NCBI GenBank assembly: GCA_047495785.1
Contig: JBLDXI010000001.1
Span: forward strand, 4,030,001 to 4,094,000
Direction of reading: 5' to 3'
Source: Lepidodermella squamata
Lineage: Eukaryota; Animalia; Gastrotricha
Length of the DNA stretch: 64,000 nt
The position numbers and the translations under genes are program-made. Positions 25,429 to 37,320 of this stretch are shown piece by piece. The notes below the pieces were generated by a model, which was not told where the DNA came from, did not search any database, and worked only from the letters and a program-made list of their open reading frames with translations. Within the stretch, counting starts at the first letter, position 1. The number at the start of each line of letters is the position of its first letter.

Positions 25429-26582
25429 ATGGCTGATGCGAGAACAGTTTTAATAGTCCTAGTATTGCAACTGGGCCAAGTTGAATGTGGCTCCAATGTC
25501 GCGATTTACCCAAGGTCATTTAGCTTCTCATCGGACCAATTTTACACTGGTCCGGGTTTCGCTGCTTTGAAATCACTCCCGAGTATCTCTTCCAGCGGCT
25601 ATCAGATCTCGGGAGCTTTGATTGATCAAAAAGGTGGGGTTGCCTTATTCTCAATTTAAAATCTTTCTAAGTCGTTTTAAATTCAGTTTATGGAAACTTC
25701 TACTATCATTGCTCGGGCTATCCTCTTTACACGCAGAACTACAACGAGAGATACATAGTCTATGGAAGTGTTCCGATGATGGCTGATGGCCGTGGACCTT
25801 TCGTCGACACTAGTGGAAATGTTCTAACGAGCTACCTCGCAGATGTGTGTCAATTTTCAATAACAGCTCCAGATGGGAATGTACAACAGGTGGCATTCAG
25901 CGATTCTCAATGCAGCCAATGGCCAGTTGGCTGCTCGATTAGCGTCTACGAAGGTTCCATTTTTAACAAAGCCGCGTTTTCATACACTCAAACGAAAGAC
26001 GGGAGTCTAACGAGCTGTAGTAACAGTTTCTACACAACCTCGAACATGGTCGCGGTTAGCATTGTTCAATGCAACCCGAATCCGAGTCAAAACTTCAATT
26101 TCACGATGACGGTTACCCCGGCGAAGAAGAATGATGAAGTTCCAATCGCGTACATAGCTATTGGAGTCGTTGTTGGAGTTGTTGTAATTGCTATAATTGT
26201 TACTATTATCTGTTGTTGCTGTTGTGCTAAGACTTGTTGTTGTTGTTTCGTAAATTTGTGTACCTGTTGCTTTTGTCAGAAGACTACGACTGTTACTACT
26301 CAAAACCAACCGATTTCGCCTTCGAAACCAGCAGCAAATGTTGCAGTTGTCTCCAAAAATACCGCTAAAGACAGCGTAACTCCAGGCATCTATCCAAAAC
26401 TTGACTCTCCGCCCCCTCATGCTCCTCCTGCTCCTTCTGTAATATCTCATCAAAATATAAATGAAACCCAGAAACCTTCTTCTGATCAAGGTGTGACACC
26501 TACTGATGATGAAATTTACTCGAAAAGTAACGTAGATAATCCTCAACCTTTGTACCCCGTGCTTAACCAGCCGGCCAAATGA
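25429..26582 (+). CDS. Family member E
   Basis: Signal peptide, IYPRSF, intron, VYGNFYYHC..ERYIVYGSVP; CSQWPVGC; CNPNPSQNFNFT; TM followed by CCCCC/CCCC; IYPKL, LYPVLNQPAK*. Confidence 0.85.
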
Positions 26583-26821
26583 ATAAAAAGTGAAGCCTCT
26601 GGACTCATATCGATTTTTTGAATTAGTAATGACCGCATCCATGAGTTTGCTACCAAGGAATAAAAAAACAAGCAAACGTTTATTGATCATAACAGATCCC
26701 ACCTGCATATCGTTCTATCGATCGCACCATTGTTCGACTGCAAACAACATCATCCCATCGCTAGATTTTTAGAACGAAACGAGCCTGTATTATCAAGGTT
26801 TTTATTCCTTACAAAAATCCC

Positions 26822-28290
26822 ATGTTAGGGTGTCAAAGTTTTATTCTCCTCATTTGGCTGAATTCAGCAAATGCTGCGAGGGTATACATAGGTTACTCAC
26901 CGAGAGTCTATGCCTTGTCATCGTATTCCTCGTACTATTACTACTCCGGTTACTCGCCGTATTCCAGCGTTTATTTGGGGATATCATCCTCAAGCAGTTC
27001 TTCTAGTGGCTATCAAACTGCGAGCAGCTTTGATGATCAAAGAGGTGAGTTTCATTCAAATAGTGTGGTTCCAACTAAATCGTCTTGGTTTTGATAGTCT
27101 ATAGTAACTTCATCTACCACTGCAATGCAACGCCGTCCTTTCAGCAGAACTACAACGAGCGATACTTCATTCATGGAAGTGTGCCTATGACTTACGACGG
27201 CTCGTCCCCATTTGTAGACACAAATGGGATACCTTTGACAAACTATTTGACCGACTACTGCCAATTCACCCTTGCTGCACCTACAGGATACGTACATAAG
27301 ATGACATTCAGCGATGACAATTGTAAACAATGGTCTAGCGGCTGCACGTTGACTGTTTATGAGGATTCATTCGGGGGGAAAACTATTCTAGACCTGCCAT
27401 CTCTCAGTTCAAGCTGCTCTAGTCGATCCTTATACACTAGTTCTAATGTAGTTGCAGTTAAAGTTACTCAATGCAATCCGAATCCGAGCCAATACTTCAA
27501 TTTCACCTTAACATTCGTGCCTGCGAAATGGGTGAGTAGCAGCAGCAGTATTTCAGGGGTGGTTTACATCTCAATTGGCGCTGTTGCTCTGGTGTTCGTC
27601 GGACTATTCTTTTTGTTCCGATGGTGCTGCAGGCAGCCGCGGTACTATCAAAGGATTGCATGTTACTGCTGCTGTATGAGACCCCCTGTCACCCAGGTGA
27701 CACCTCGGCAACAAGTTTTCGCAACTCAATCGTCAGCCTATCCACCGCCTCATATCCAGACTCAAATCATCATTCAGCCGAACGGGGAAATTGCAAGGTG
27801 CGAGAGAGATGCTTATGGCAACGTGATTCAAGTTACGGGTATCAACCAGCCGCCGCCTTACCCAACTGGGCCTAATAAAATGGCGGTTGCCATGCCAACA
27901 CCACCCCCTCCTTACCAGCCGCAACCGCCAGCTGATGTTAGATTGTTGAGAGCAGAGCTGTCAGTTTCCGAGACTTCTTCAGTAGCATCCAATGAAGCCT
28001 TACAACCAGCGGGCCCTGGTATTGCCTCGCACCCAGTATCAGCAGCGGTACCAAGCGTGGATCCAACAATTTATACTGCTGGCTCAACAGCTAAGATCGC
28101 TCCAGGCAGGCCGGGTACGCTACAGCCCAGAACTACTCCGACCGTCCAAAGTGCAGGCATTGTCCAAGGTCAAACTTCTGTGAATAATGGACCCTCGGAA
28201 AACCCTGGAGATCCGAACCCTGGAGACATATACGGTTCAACAGGGGATGCCCAGCCCCTGCATGCTGTGATGAATCAACCAGCTAAATGA
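26822..28290 (+). CDS. Family member F (close paralogue of E)
   Basis: MLGCQSFILLIWLNSANA; VYSNFIYHC..ERYFIHGSVP; CKQWSSGC; CNPNPSQYFNFT; TM; CYCCC; two PPPY; ends NQPAK*. Confidence 0.85.
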
Positions 28291-28845
28291 ACAGGAAATA
28301 ATAGATATGTCAGTGTTTTTGGCTCTTCAAAAGTGTGACATGATTAAGCTGAGATATTGTCATGAGTCATGAGATAATTTACTAATAAAATCACGACTGA
28401 AAAGTAGAATGCAAAGCTAGCAGTGAGGCCTGCTCGTGGGAGCCGAGGCGTGGTAATTTGAAACCGTTAGACAAAGTTTCTGGAATGCAGTGTCACAAAA
28501 AAATAATTAAGTACATGTTCAAAAAATTTTCCGATAACATATCGCAGTCATATTTCGCCAAATGTTCTCGCAGTACGCGGAAAGGCATTTTTTCTCACGT
28601 ATTTTGCATCTGACGACGTGTGAGGCTTCCTAGGGTCTTGAATTAAGACATGGGCCTTTTTATCACCCCAGGAGGAATTCGCTTAAAAGCTTAGCTGAAA
28701 GCTTCCGCTTCCGCTCGAACTCGCAACTTGGGACCGACCTGCCGCTATAAAATCAACGCAGAATCACGGCGAAAGCATCATTCAAGCAGACATATATTCT
28801 TACATTCAAAATCTTTACACGCCTCAACTAACGCTCGGCATCACC

Positions 28846-29061
28846 ATGAACGCACGCGTCGAACTACTCCTGTACAAAGTGATGACTGCTTCATGCTCGA
28901 AATCGACTCAAAGCGATGCGAAACCGAAACCTGTTCGAAGCCAATCTTGCGAACATCGGCCTGCAATCATGTCTCACATCACCCACACTATCAAACAGGC
29001 GGTGCGGGGTGATGGAGCGAAACTTCTTTTGGAGCCGGCCCTGAGCGCACCAAACCTTTAA
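28846..29061 (+). CDS. Putative 71-aa orphan small protein
   Basis: TATAAAA at 28746, Inr-like CATCATT ~30 bp downstream, CACC-ATG context, AATAAA at ~29092. Confidence 0.5.
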   Translation: MNARVELLLYKVMTASCSKSTQSDAKPKPVRSQSCEHRPAIMSHITHTIKQAVRGDGAKLLLEPALSAPNL

Positions 29062-29238
29062 ATAATTGTTATCTCAAGATTGTTATCAATCAATAAATAT
29101 GTATCTCTGCATAATTTCTAGTCTTTTGATCACGTAATTTGGGTGCATCTTACAATGATGCGTAAATAATTTATTGCGAAAAGGGATATTTAGTCCATCT
29201 TAATTTGCAGGCTCTAGTCTTTGTGCAGACCAATAGTT

Positions 29239-30276
29239 ATGAACTCTCGCGTAGCTTCAATTGTTTTGGTGCGAATTTTTGGCTTTAACGTGGTTTTTGG
29301 CCACTTGGGGCTGTGGATCTATCCCAGATCGTTTTTTAGCGGAACGCAACAGAAGTCCTCGGAGGCGAAACCTCCATCGTTTTCAGGTCGGCAAAATGTC
29401 CACTGTTTCAACGTTAATATACAAACTGAATCGATTTTTCAAGTTTACTCAAATTTCATACACCATTGCATAGCTGAGGCGTATGCTATCGACTTCAACG
29501 AAACTTATTACATTTACGGTTAGTTTTTCCCTCGATTTGCGCCACTTACGTCATAGGTCATGTGATTTGCGTCATGATTTCCAGGAAGTGTACCCGAAAC
29601 AGACGTATTTTCGCCTTACACGAGCAAAACAAAGCCTTACTACACGGAGTCACGTTTCTTGTCCCCAAACTGCTCGTTCACGATCCTGGGCCCTGAGCGC
29701 GGAATATTGTCCCTTCAGGTTGAAGTGATGCAAATGAGGCCGAAACCTGCTATCACTTCAAGAATCAATACGAAGTGCTACAAACACGAGTTCTGGTTTC
29801 ATTTTCATGGCCCAGCTGCAGTGGATGGGTTGACAGAACGAGTTATGAGCTCGTCAACACTGGCCTATGGTGGAACTTTCAGCGCGAAGACACACTCCAA
29901 TCTTGTCGCTTTTCACTCGCAAAATAACCTGAAATGTCGGCGAAATTTCACGATCAGGCTTACGGTGGAAAGACGTCCTCAAGTTGAAGTTACTGCTCAA
30001 ACCCGAAATATATTTTGGCCATTATTCGGAATAGGCGCTGCTGCTGTTACTGTAGGTATCCTGGTATTTTTTTACTGTTTTATGAGAAGGAAAATGTTGC
30101 CGCGGCAAGCCAAAACTCAGCAACCTCCGACGTCGATCGGACAACTCGAAAATCTTGAAATGCTGCTGAAATTGTATAATCAAGGCGAGTTGGGGGCGAT
30201 TTCGAACTGCGATATGAATGAATATAGCGAAAAATGCCCCAGACACGAGGTAGAGATTCACGGTGCAACTCTGTGA
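29239..30276 (+). CDS. Family member G
   Basis: WIYPRSF; VYSNFIHHC..ETYYIYG|SVP; CSFTILGP; SNLVAF; NFTIRLTV; TM IFWPLFGIGAAAVTVGILVFFYCF. Confidence 0.8.
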
Positions 30277-30482
30277 GTGTGAGAAATTTGTAAAACTTTT
30301 GAAGTAAACAACGTGAAATGTGCTGATCTGAAGCATTTACGACTACCATTAGCTAGTCCAGCCATAGCAACAGAGAGCTACGATAGCAACGATGGAGAGT
30401 TCACGCTGCACTTTGGTGGGAGAACGACATACGAACCTGGCAAAATTTAATATCAAATGAAAGTGCCATTCGAAAATCCGAA

Positions 30483-32080
30483 ATGAAAATTATCTTAACC
30501 CCAATACTGCAATTATTTTTCTTGATCTATTCTTGCCATGCACAGAAGGGTACCACGACCACCCTCAGTGATAAGGATGCTCTCTTGGAGCAGCTTCGGA
30601 TCATGGATGATATGCTGAACGAGTATGGCCACTATCCAATCGATATCAAAGATCGCAGGCCTTTGACGCCGAGATCAAATATGTATATTAACAATGTAAC
30701 AAGTGAGCTACTCACCTCATAGAAGATATACGTTGGGTATTTATATCTTACCTTTGCCTCTCAGTGTTTGGTAACTATCATGGTCATTGCTACAATCCGA
30801 AGCCTTACTTCACAGAAAACGAAAAAGATTCTTATACCATTTATGGCAAGTTTTTAATGAATTTCTCGCAAGTCGCTGTTAATGATAAAATGATAAAATA
30901 GGAAGTCTTCCTTCATCTGAGCGGAAGTATTCAATCTCTTCAAATACGCCATGTCACATTCAAATTTCGGCCCGAAAATTGAAAAACAACGACCCGGCAA
31001 ATGCAATGACTTTCAAGATTGCTTTCTCAATGGCTCTGTCTAGCTTGTGTTCAGCCTTGGGAATTCCCCAGGATCCGGAAGCCTTTGGTTTCAGGTTACA
31101 GGTCTTGGATGGCGATGTATCCCTGGATGATGCTACTAATGGCCTTAAAAACTCATCCATTGTAAGTTTCATTATGACGCCGATCATGCAAATAGCTCAG
31201 GAACTCTTCGCCTCAGCTTTTGGACCTTCCGAGCAAAAATTCAGATCCCTGCGCGTCAGCCATGGTTACGTCGACGAAAAACGTAATTACGATAATAGCG
31301 ACGTATAACATCGATACAATTGACCTCGACACCAATTACTCTTTGGTTATTCAAACAACCGTGCCTACGTCATCGACAGTTCAGAATGATGCAAAAGGGG
31401 CGCAATTTACCGCTTTGTGGGTCTGTATTGCCGTAATTTGCGTGGCTGCGATAGTCGCAGCTATCTTTTTCGTCTATCGAAAAATGAACAAAAAACGCTT
31501 AAGATCGAGCATCCTGCCGGTCTATCAAAAGAGGAGAAGCACTAATCCTCAGATAAGGATTACAGATGCTCAACTGCATGGACACCCTGTAACCCCAGGA
31601 TGTACGCATTTCCGGAAAAATCGAAAATGTCAATATTTTCTGTTTTAAAAACAGATCACTTTGAGGAAAAAGCTACTCAAATAGACCCGATCAGAACCCC
31701 TAGCCACGAGGAATTTAGATCGGTAAGTTTTAGTTCCTTACGACGCCCAGATCTCGTTCACCTTGTTTTTCTGCTGTTAGAGGAGAGCGTCGGTTGTCTC
31801 AGTGGGTGCCTTTAGTCAGCACGGCGGTATCGATCCTGTACCAACTCCACTACCCAACAGGCGAGTCTCAATTGTTTCTCTTTGTCCAGAAGTTCATTCT
31901 TTTATGCATGATTTTGATGACGCCTCACGTCGCTACAGCCCGCCCAACTCAGACCTCTCAGTTAGTCAAATTTCAGCCCAGCCTGGCTCCGCCCGACTCT
32001 CGCTGCCCCTTGCTACGACTGGAACAGCTCCGCCTGGCAGCAGACGGCATTCGTCTAATCTTGTTAATGGTCTTGAATGA
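30483..32080 (+). CDS. Family member H
   Basis: MKIILTPILQLFFLIYSCHA; VFGNYHGHC..DSYTIYG|SLP; CHIQISA; LQVLDG; intron 31162-31216 gives LLDLP..C..STKNVITI; TM ALWVCIAVICVAAIVAAIFFVY. Last exon ends NGLE*. Confidence 0.75.
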
Positions 32081-32441
32081 GAGGATACCCTCGAGTAACC
32101 TTGATTTCGTGGGATTTTCCTGCGACGCAGAGAGCTGCAGGCAGCTTTTAGCGAACATTTTGTCGCGTTTAGTGAGTGGTGATGAGTGATCATTAATAAA
32201 TTAGCGAATCGCTTATCCGGCGTCGATTTGTTGATGAAAAAAAACTAAGTTGCGTGGTAACCACGCGCATCCACTAGGAATTGTCACAATTTGGCTGAGG
32301 ATTCCCTTCAACCTGTTTTGCGGTGGAATAAAAAAAAACAAGTAGTAGCTTCAAAGCATCAACATGTTTGCTTGCTTTGCTGGACGCGGGCAATATAAGG
32401 GACGGCGAGCGATAAACAATCACAACAACAAGAAAGCTGGG

Positions 32442-33988
32442 ATGGAAATTAGCATCGCAATTTCCACCTGGCTCCTTGGTCTATTCGTCCTAACCGAGGG
32501 CGCAAGTATACCTCTCAATCTCAATGACCTCCCGAGTGATGACACCGCGATCTCTTTGTCCCTCTCAAACGATACTGACAGCAAAATCGCTATTTTTGGT
32601 AATTTTACTAATAGTTAACGAGGTAGAGATAAAATTGTGTTTCTTAGGCCCTCTCGTGAATAGAGACGATTCTTTTGAAATCAACATAGCAATCGCTGCT
32701 CCGGATGGATATTTGATACGGACGGTGTTTTCCAGTCGATTTTACTCATGCTACCGAGGTCGAAAGCCTACAAGTTGGCCAGCTGGTTGGACGATGACAA
32801 TTCACGACGAAAATCCATCGACCAGCGCATTGGTAAGGCTCTAAATCTTCTTAAACCCTGTTAAATAGTCCTTATTTCTGTCTCCAGCTTTCACTGCCCT
32901 ATGGAGCAACTTATCTAACCACGGGAAGTGCTTGTTTCGTAGCAGGAGCGATTTCGAGCTCGAACTACGCCACGGTTATCTTCCGATTCTCAGTAGACCC
33001 TTCGGCGAGCATTCTACAGACAGACAACAACTTCACCCTACTTTTAACCCCTGTTCTAAAGTCACAAGTTGACTGCTCGCTATGGGAAACAGCGTCAAAC
33101 AGCGTTTGCTCTGGCAAAAATGACGGAGGTTCCGTTTCTATGAACGTTGTCTACATCGTTGGGGCATTTATAGCCGTCATAGTTGCTGGGGTGATCGCTC
33201 TAATCGGAAGGGCAGCTTGTAAGCACTACGAGAAAATGCGGAATAGAAGACTGTCAAGTCATATCATTGATGCGAACGGTAATCTGGGAGATATCACAGC
33301 TGGGGAAATGAGCAGTCGACGAGTCCAGCGGAAGATCAAGCAAATTTTGATGCAGCCTGTTCCGTCACTAGCCGCTCTTGTCCAGCGACACTCTGAGGTT
33401 GCAGCTGTTACGGAAATGTGGCGCAAGGAGCATCATGGCAGGGAACATCGAAGAAATAGCCAAGTTCAAGGCACGAGTCAACTTCAGCCGCCATCTCAGC
33501 GCCGCCACGAGCCGTTAGGGAACAGACTTTCCACCCTTAGTACGTCAAGCCACGCTCCACTGATGCGGAACCACTCGAATAATCTAGCGGCAACCTTGAA
33601 TGCTCCCCTGGACCACAATCCAGACCCAGATCTTGGTAGGATTCTTGGATGAAAACCTTAATGTTTATTGATTTTCCTCCACGCAGAGGGTGATACAATG
33701 ACAGGATTCCCAAAGAAAGGAAGCAAGGGTATGGCAGAGACTGACTTCACTTATCCAAATGATGGTATTGTAAGTTTTGATTTGTTTACATTAGGGCGTA
33801 GTTGATTTTGATGTTCTATTTAGGAAATCGTTATAGGTCCTATACAACCAGCGTATTGTGCCCCCGATTTGACAACTGCAAGGCATGAGGTCTACAACGG
33901 CCAAGGACCATCCGCTCCCATTGACCCGTTATCGACTGTTGACGACCCTAAATCGCCGGTTCATCCGTGCGCAGTCGCTCAGATGTAG
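32442..33988 (+). CDS. Family member I
   Basis: MEISIAISTWLLGLFVLTEG; IAAPDGYLIR; SWPAGW; LSLP; SSSNYATV; NNFTLLLTP; TM VVYIVGAFIAVIVAGVIALIG. Two further exons end ..GPSAPIDP..VHPCAVAQM*. Confidence 0.75.
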
Positions 33989-34369
33989 TCAACAAGTTGA
34001 CTTATTCATTCGCCCCTTTTATTTTTTGTTAACACCCTAATCATCGCCTATTCACGTTATTTTTACATACAACACATGCTTTTGAATATTTTATTGTAAG
34101 ATGTGATTCAAGATGTTGTTGTTTGTGGACAATAAAAACTACGAGTGGTGAAGTAAAAAATGCATAGTAAACGCCGAGTGAGTGAATGGCGCGCGTGATT
34201 GGGCCGCTGCCAGCAACACGCAAAACAAAGAGCGCTGCTATTTCCAACCTATTGTTAGCAGGGGCGGAAAGCGACGCACGCAATTTTTGCGTTAATGTCA
34301 CCTTACCGCGAGGAAAAAATTACTCGCTATCAAAATCTTGGCATTTGGCCTTAAATTTTCACGAAAGAC

Positions 34370-35740
34370 ATGTCAAAATTAAGAATTCTACACCTGTTCA
34401 TTCTCGTCGTGGCACAATGCTCCTCGCAAGACACTTCGGTCTTTGAAAAGCTCAACTACGGCATTGATGACCCGCTGCCGAGTGTTGCGCCCCAGAAAAG
34501 ACACAGCCCTGCTCAATTTAATCAATATCAGGATGAGTTATCAAGAGGTAATGCGTTCTGTTTATTTCTTTAGAATAACTTCACCGTTTTTTGTTCCTAT
34601 AGTTTACGCAAATTACTTCGAGCATTGTTACGGCAGTCCGAGCTACTTTCTTGAGCAGAACCAGCGCTTCGTGATTCATGGTTAAAATAGCTATTTAAAT
34701 TTAGCATAAATTCAATGTCTCAATTTTTGCAGGAAGTGTGCCCTCGATCGAGGCAGGAAATTCAACAGGAAATAGCAGTGAAACCACAGCCAGTAACTCT
34801 CAATGGACTTCTTACTTCTACCTTTCGCCAGTCTGCTTGTTCACAATCACCGGGCCCAAAAATCAATTTCTGCAATTGAAATTTGATGATCCAACCAATA
34901 TTAACTGCAAATCATGGCCACCTGGTTGTTCAGTAACCGTGTGGAATGGGAATTACAAAACTGACCCGAAAAATTCGCCAATACTGCTAACTCTACCAGC
35001 AACTGCTCCGGATTCAAACTCAACAGATGAAGACACTAGGCCTACAGGTTGCTCATTTGAAGCATTTTCCAATACAAATGTACTGACAGTGAGAGTTGAT
35101 TCTTGTCTGCCGACTCCAAGTCGCGAATTCAACTTCACGGCTGTGATAGCTCCATTGAAATCAAAGGCTCTTCAAGTTGGTCTAGGGGATGAAGTTACAA
35201 CCAACTTCACCATGTTTTACACCGTGACTTTTGTCGTAGCTTTCGCTATTGCAGTTGGCTTCTTGATTCTGCGCATGTTGAAGCCACCGAAACGTCTGAA
35301 AGCGTTGAAAAATCGATTCTTCTGCTGCTGTCTGCCAATATCGATTCTGCCGCGGGGCGGAAGTGCTAATTACGTAACGCCCGCTCCAGTCAACAGCTAC
35401 ATGCTACAATTAAAAACTAATTGCGATGATTCATCGAATACCAGCTCCCCACTGCCGTCACGCTGCGGCGCCTACGGCGGGGTCGATTCATCAGGAACAA
35501 GCAATGCCAGTGACACAGCTCGTACGGTAACCACGATTGCCCCAGATAGTTGCCGGCAATCCAGTTAGTCAATTATTCATTTCAGTGAAAACTATAAATA
35601 GTTACATTTCAGGAATGAATAAGGTACACCCCCAATCGGAGCGACCGCCTCTCATCAAATCGCTGTCCGCCCAATCAAGAGATGACGACATTTCTTTGCC
35701 TGGTTTTCCCTCAAACGAACACATTTCATGTCCAGTATAA
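34370..35740 (+). CDS. Family member J
   Basis: MSKLRILHLFILVVAQCSS; VYANYFEHC..QRFVIHG|SVP; CLFTITGP; CKSWPPGCSVTVWNG; LLTLP; CLPTPSREFNFT; TM; FFCCC. Confidence 0.82.
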
Positions 35741-37320
35741 ATTCGCCCGAAACTCTATTTATAAGGAGTTGATATTGAATAAAATTTGCCGTGTCTCTCG
35801 GTAAATTGGTATATGTTGTTGTTTAACTCAATCTCAAATTCAAATATCAACTGAACCCCAAATGTTGGCATCTTAAAATCGAAGGTCACGACTTTCATCG
35901 TTGACTTTCAAAACAAATTATGCATATTTTCCTTTTCGTACACTACAATTTTTTGAAAAGTGGCAGTTTTGCTGATCACCAGGAAGCAAGTCAGGAATTA
36001 GGAACGTCATCGAAAGGTTCAAGTTCCTTCGTCAAATTTCATTTGATTCCCGGTTATAATGGCAGTTATATCTGGAAGCAACAGCGCGAGATCCCCCTGC
36101 TTAAATTTTTTCTAAACTTTAATGAACTTTGCTGAAATCGGATAGCAGCTTTTGAAAATAGTCAAATGTTGATCGAAAATCATTTCGCTGAGTTTCAGCT
36201 TGCGATTGTGGGACATGTCGAACTTAAGCGAAAGACGAACGATCAAAATACTTAAATCCTCCCATAAATAATAATATTTTGCTACATTTGTGGGGGTCAC
36301 GCGACTTCGATTTTAGCTGAATTTGTATTTTTCTGCATAAAATTACTAGGTATGAGAGAGAATTAGGTAGAATAATTGGCTCACATTTCTAATAAACCCT
36401 CTCCTGTCCGTCTAATTAGTTATAGCCTCAATTTTGGAGCAAACCCTGTCCTGTCCGTCAGGATCCCGGATCGTCCATTAGGCAAGTAAAGCAGTTGCCC
36501 TATCAAAATGTTGACACCGCAGATAACAAACCACAGGGGGGCCCTCAAATTCAAGGGCCCGCGCGGGCTCCATCTCCTGCAATTGTCTTATAGGATCATT
36601 CCATTCAATTATCCTAGTTCATGCATGGCAATGGACGACTCAATTTTTTGCTCTCGGATAAAACTCTGCTAATAGTAACCCTATTTTTTTCGTAGTGGCT
36701 CGCCCCATTTCTTTCCACTTAAAATGCAGTGTATTATCGACCGGAGGACCTCATCAAACAGTTCGCAATACATGCTTATCGATTGCGAAATCAAGCCTCG
36801 CTTAATTAATAGCTCGTTATGCCATCTGATTGACAACCCTCAGCTATAATCGAACCGGGCGTGTTTTTGCAAAGAGGAATAACGGATGCGCGATTTGTTT
36901 ACACAAATCCAATAGGCATACCTGCGGCCGATCTAAAAAGCCCGTCAAATTTAACACGGCGCTTTCGCTTAAATCGATATCGCCGACTGCGAATACGAAT
37001 GACGGATTTACTGAACGGGCCATGCGTCATGGCGCGACTGGCATACATGCATTACGGCAAGCCTCTGAGGCCTTGCCTCGCAAATCAAACAGGAAACGAA
37101 TTGCACCCCATATCGATTGCCGACAACCCGCGGCAAGCAACGCAGTTATTATTGCCGTTTTTTATTAATTTACTCAGCACTGTGTAGGTATGCTGCGTTT
37201 TTTCCTATACCTTTCATACTTTCTACAGCTAACATTTCAGCCCATGGCTGAAAGGAGTGGCGTTCTAAAAATTTTCCTTTTTAATCATAGGCTATTTACG
37301 AAAGAATAAATGAGAGTTTA

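Noticed and set aside
26007-26708. Long antisense ORFs (also 44527-45129, 42787-43305, 22181-22591)
   Set aside because: They lie opposite well-supported genes and show no independent motifs.
31794-32189. 131-aa ORF overlapping the last exon of member H
   Set aside because: The splice phase favours the frame ending at 32080; no support for dual coding.
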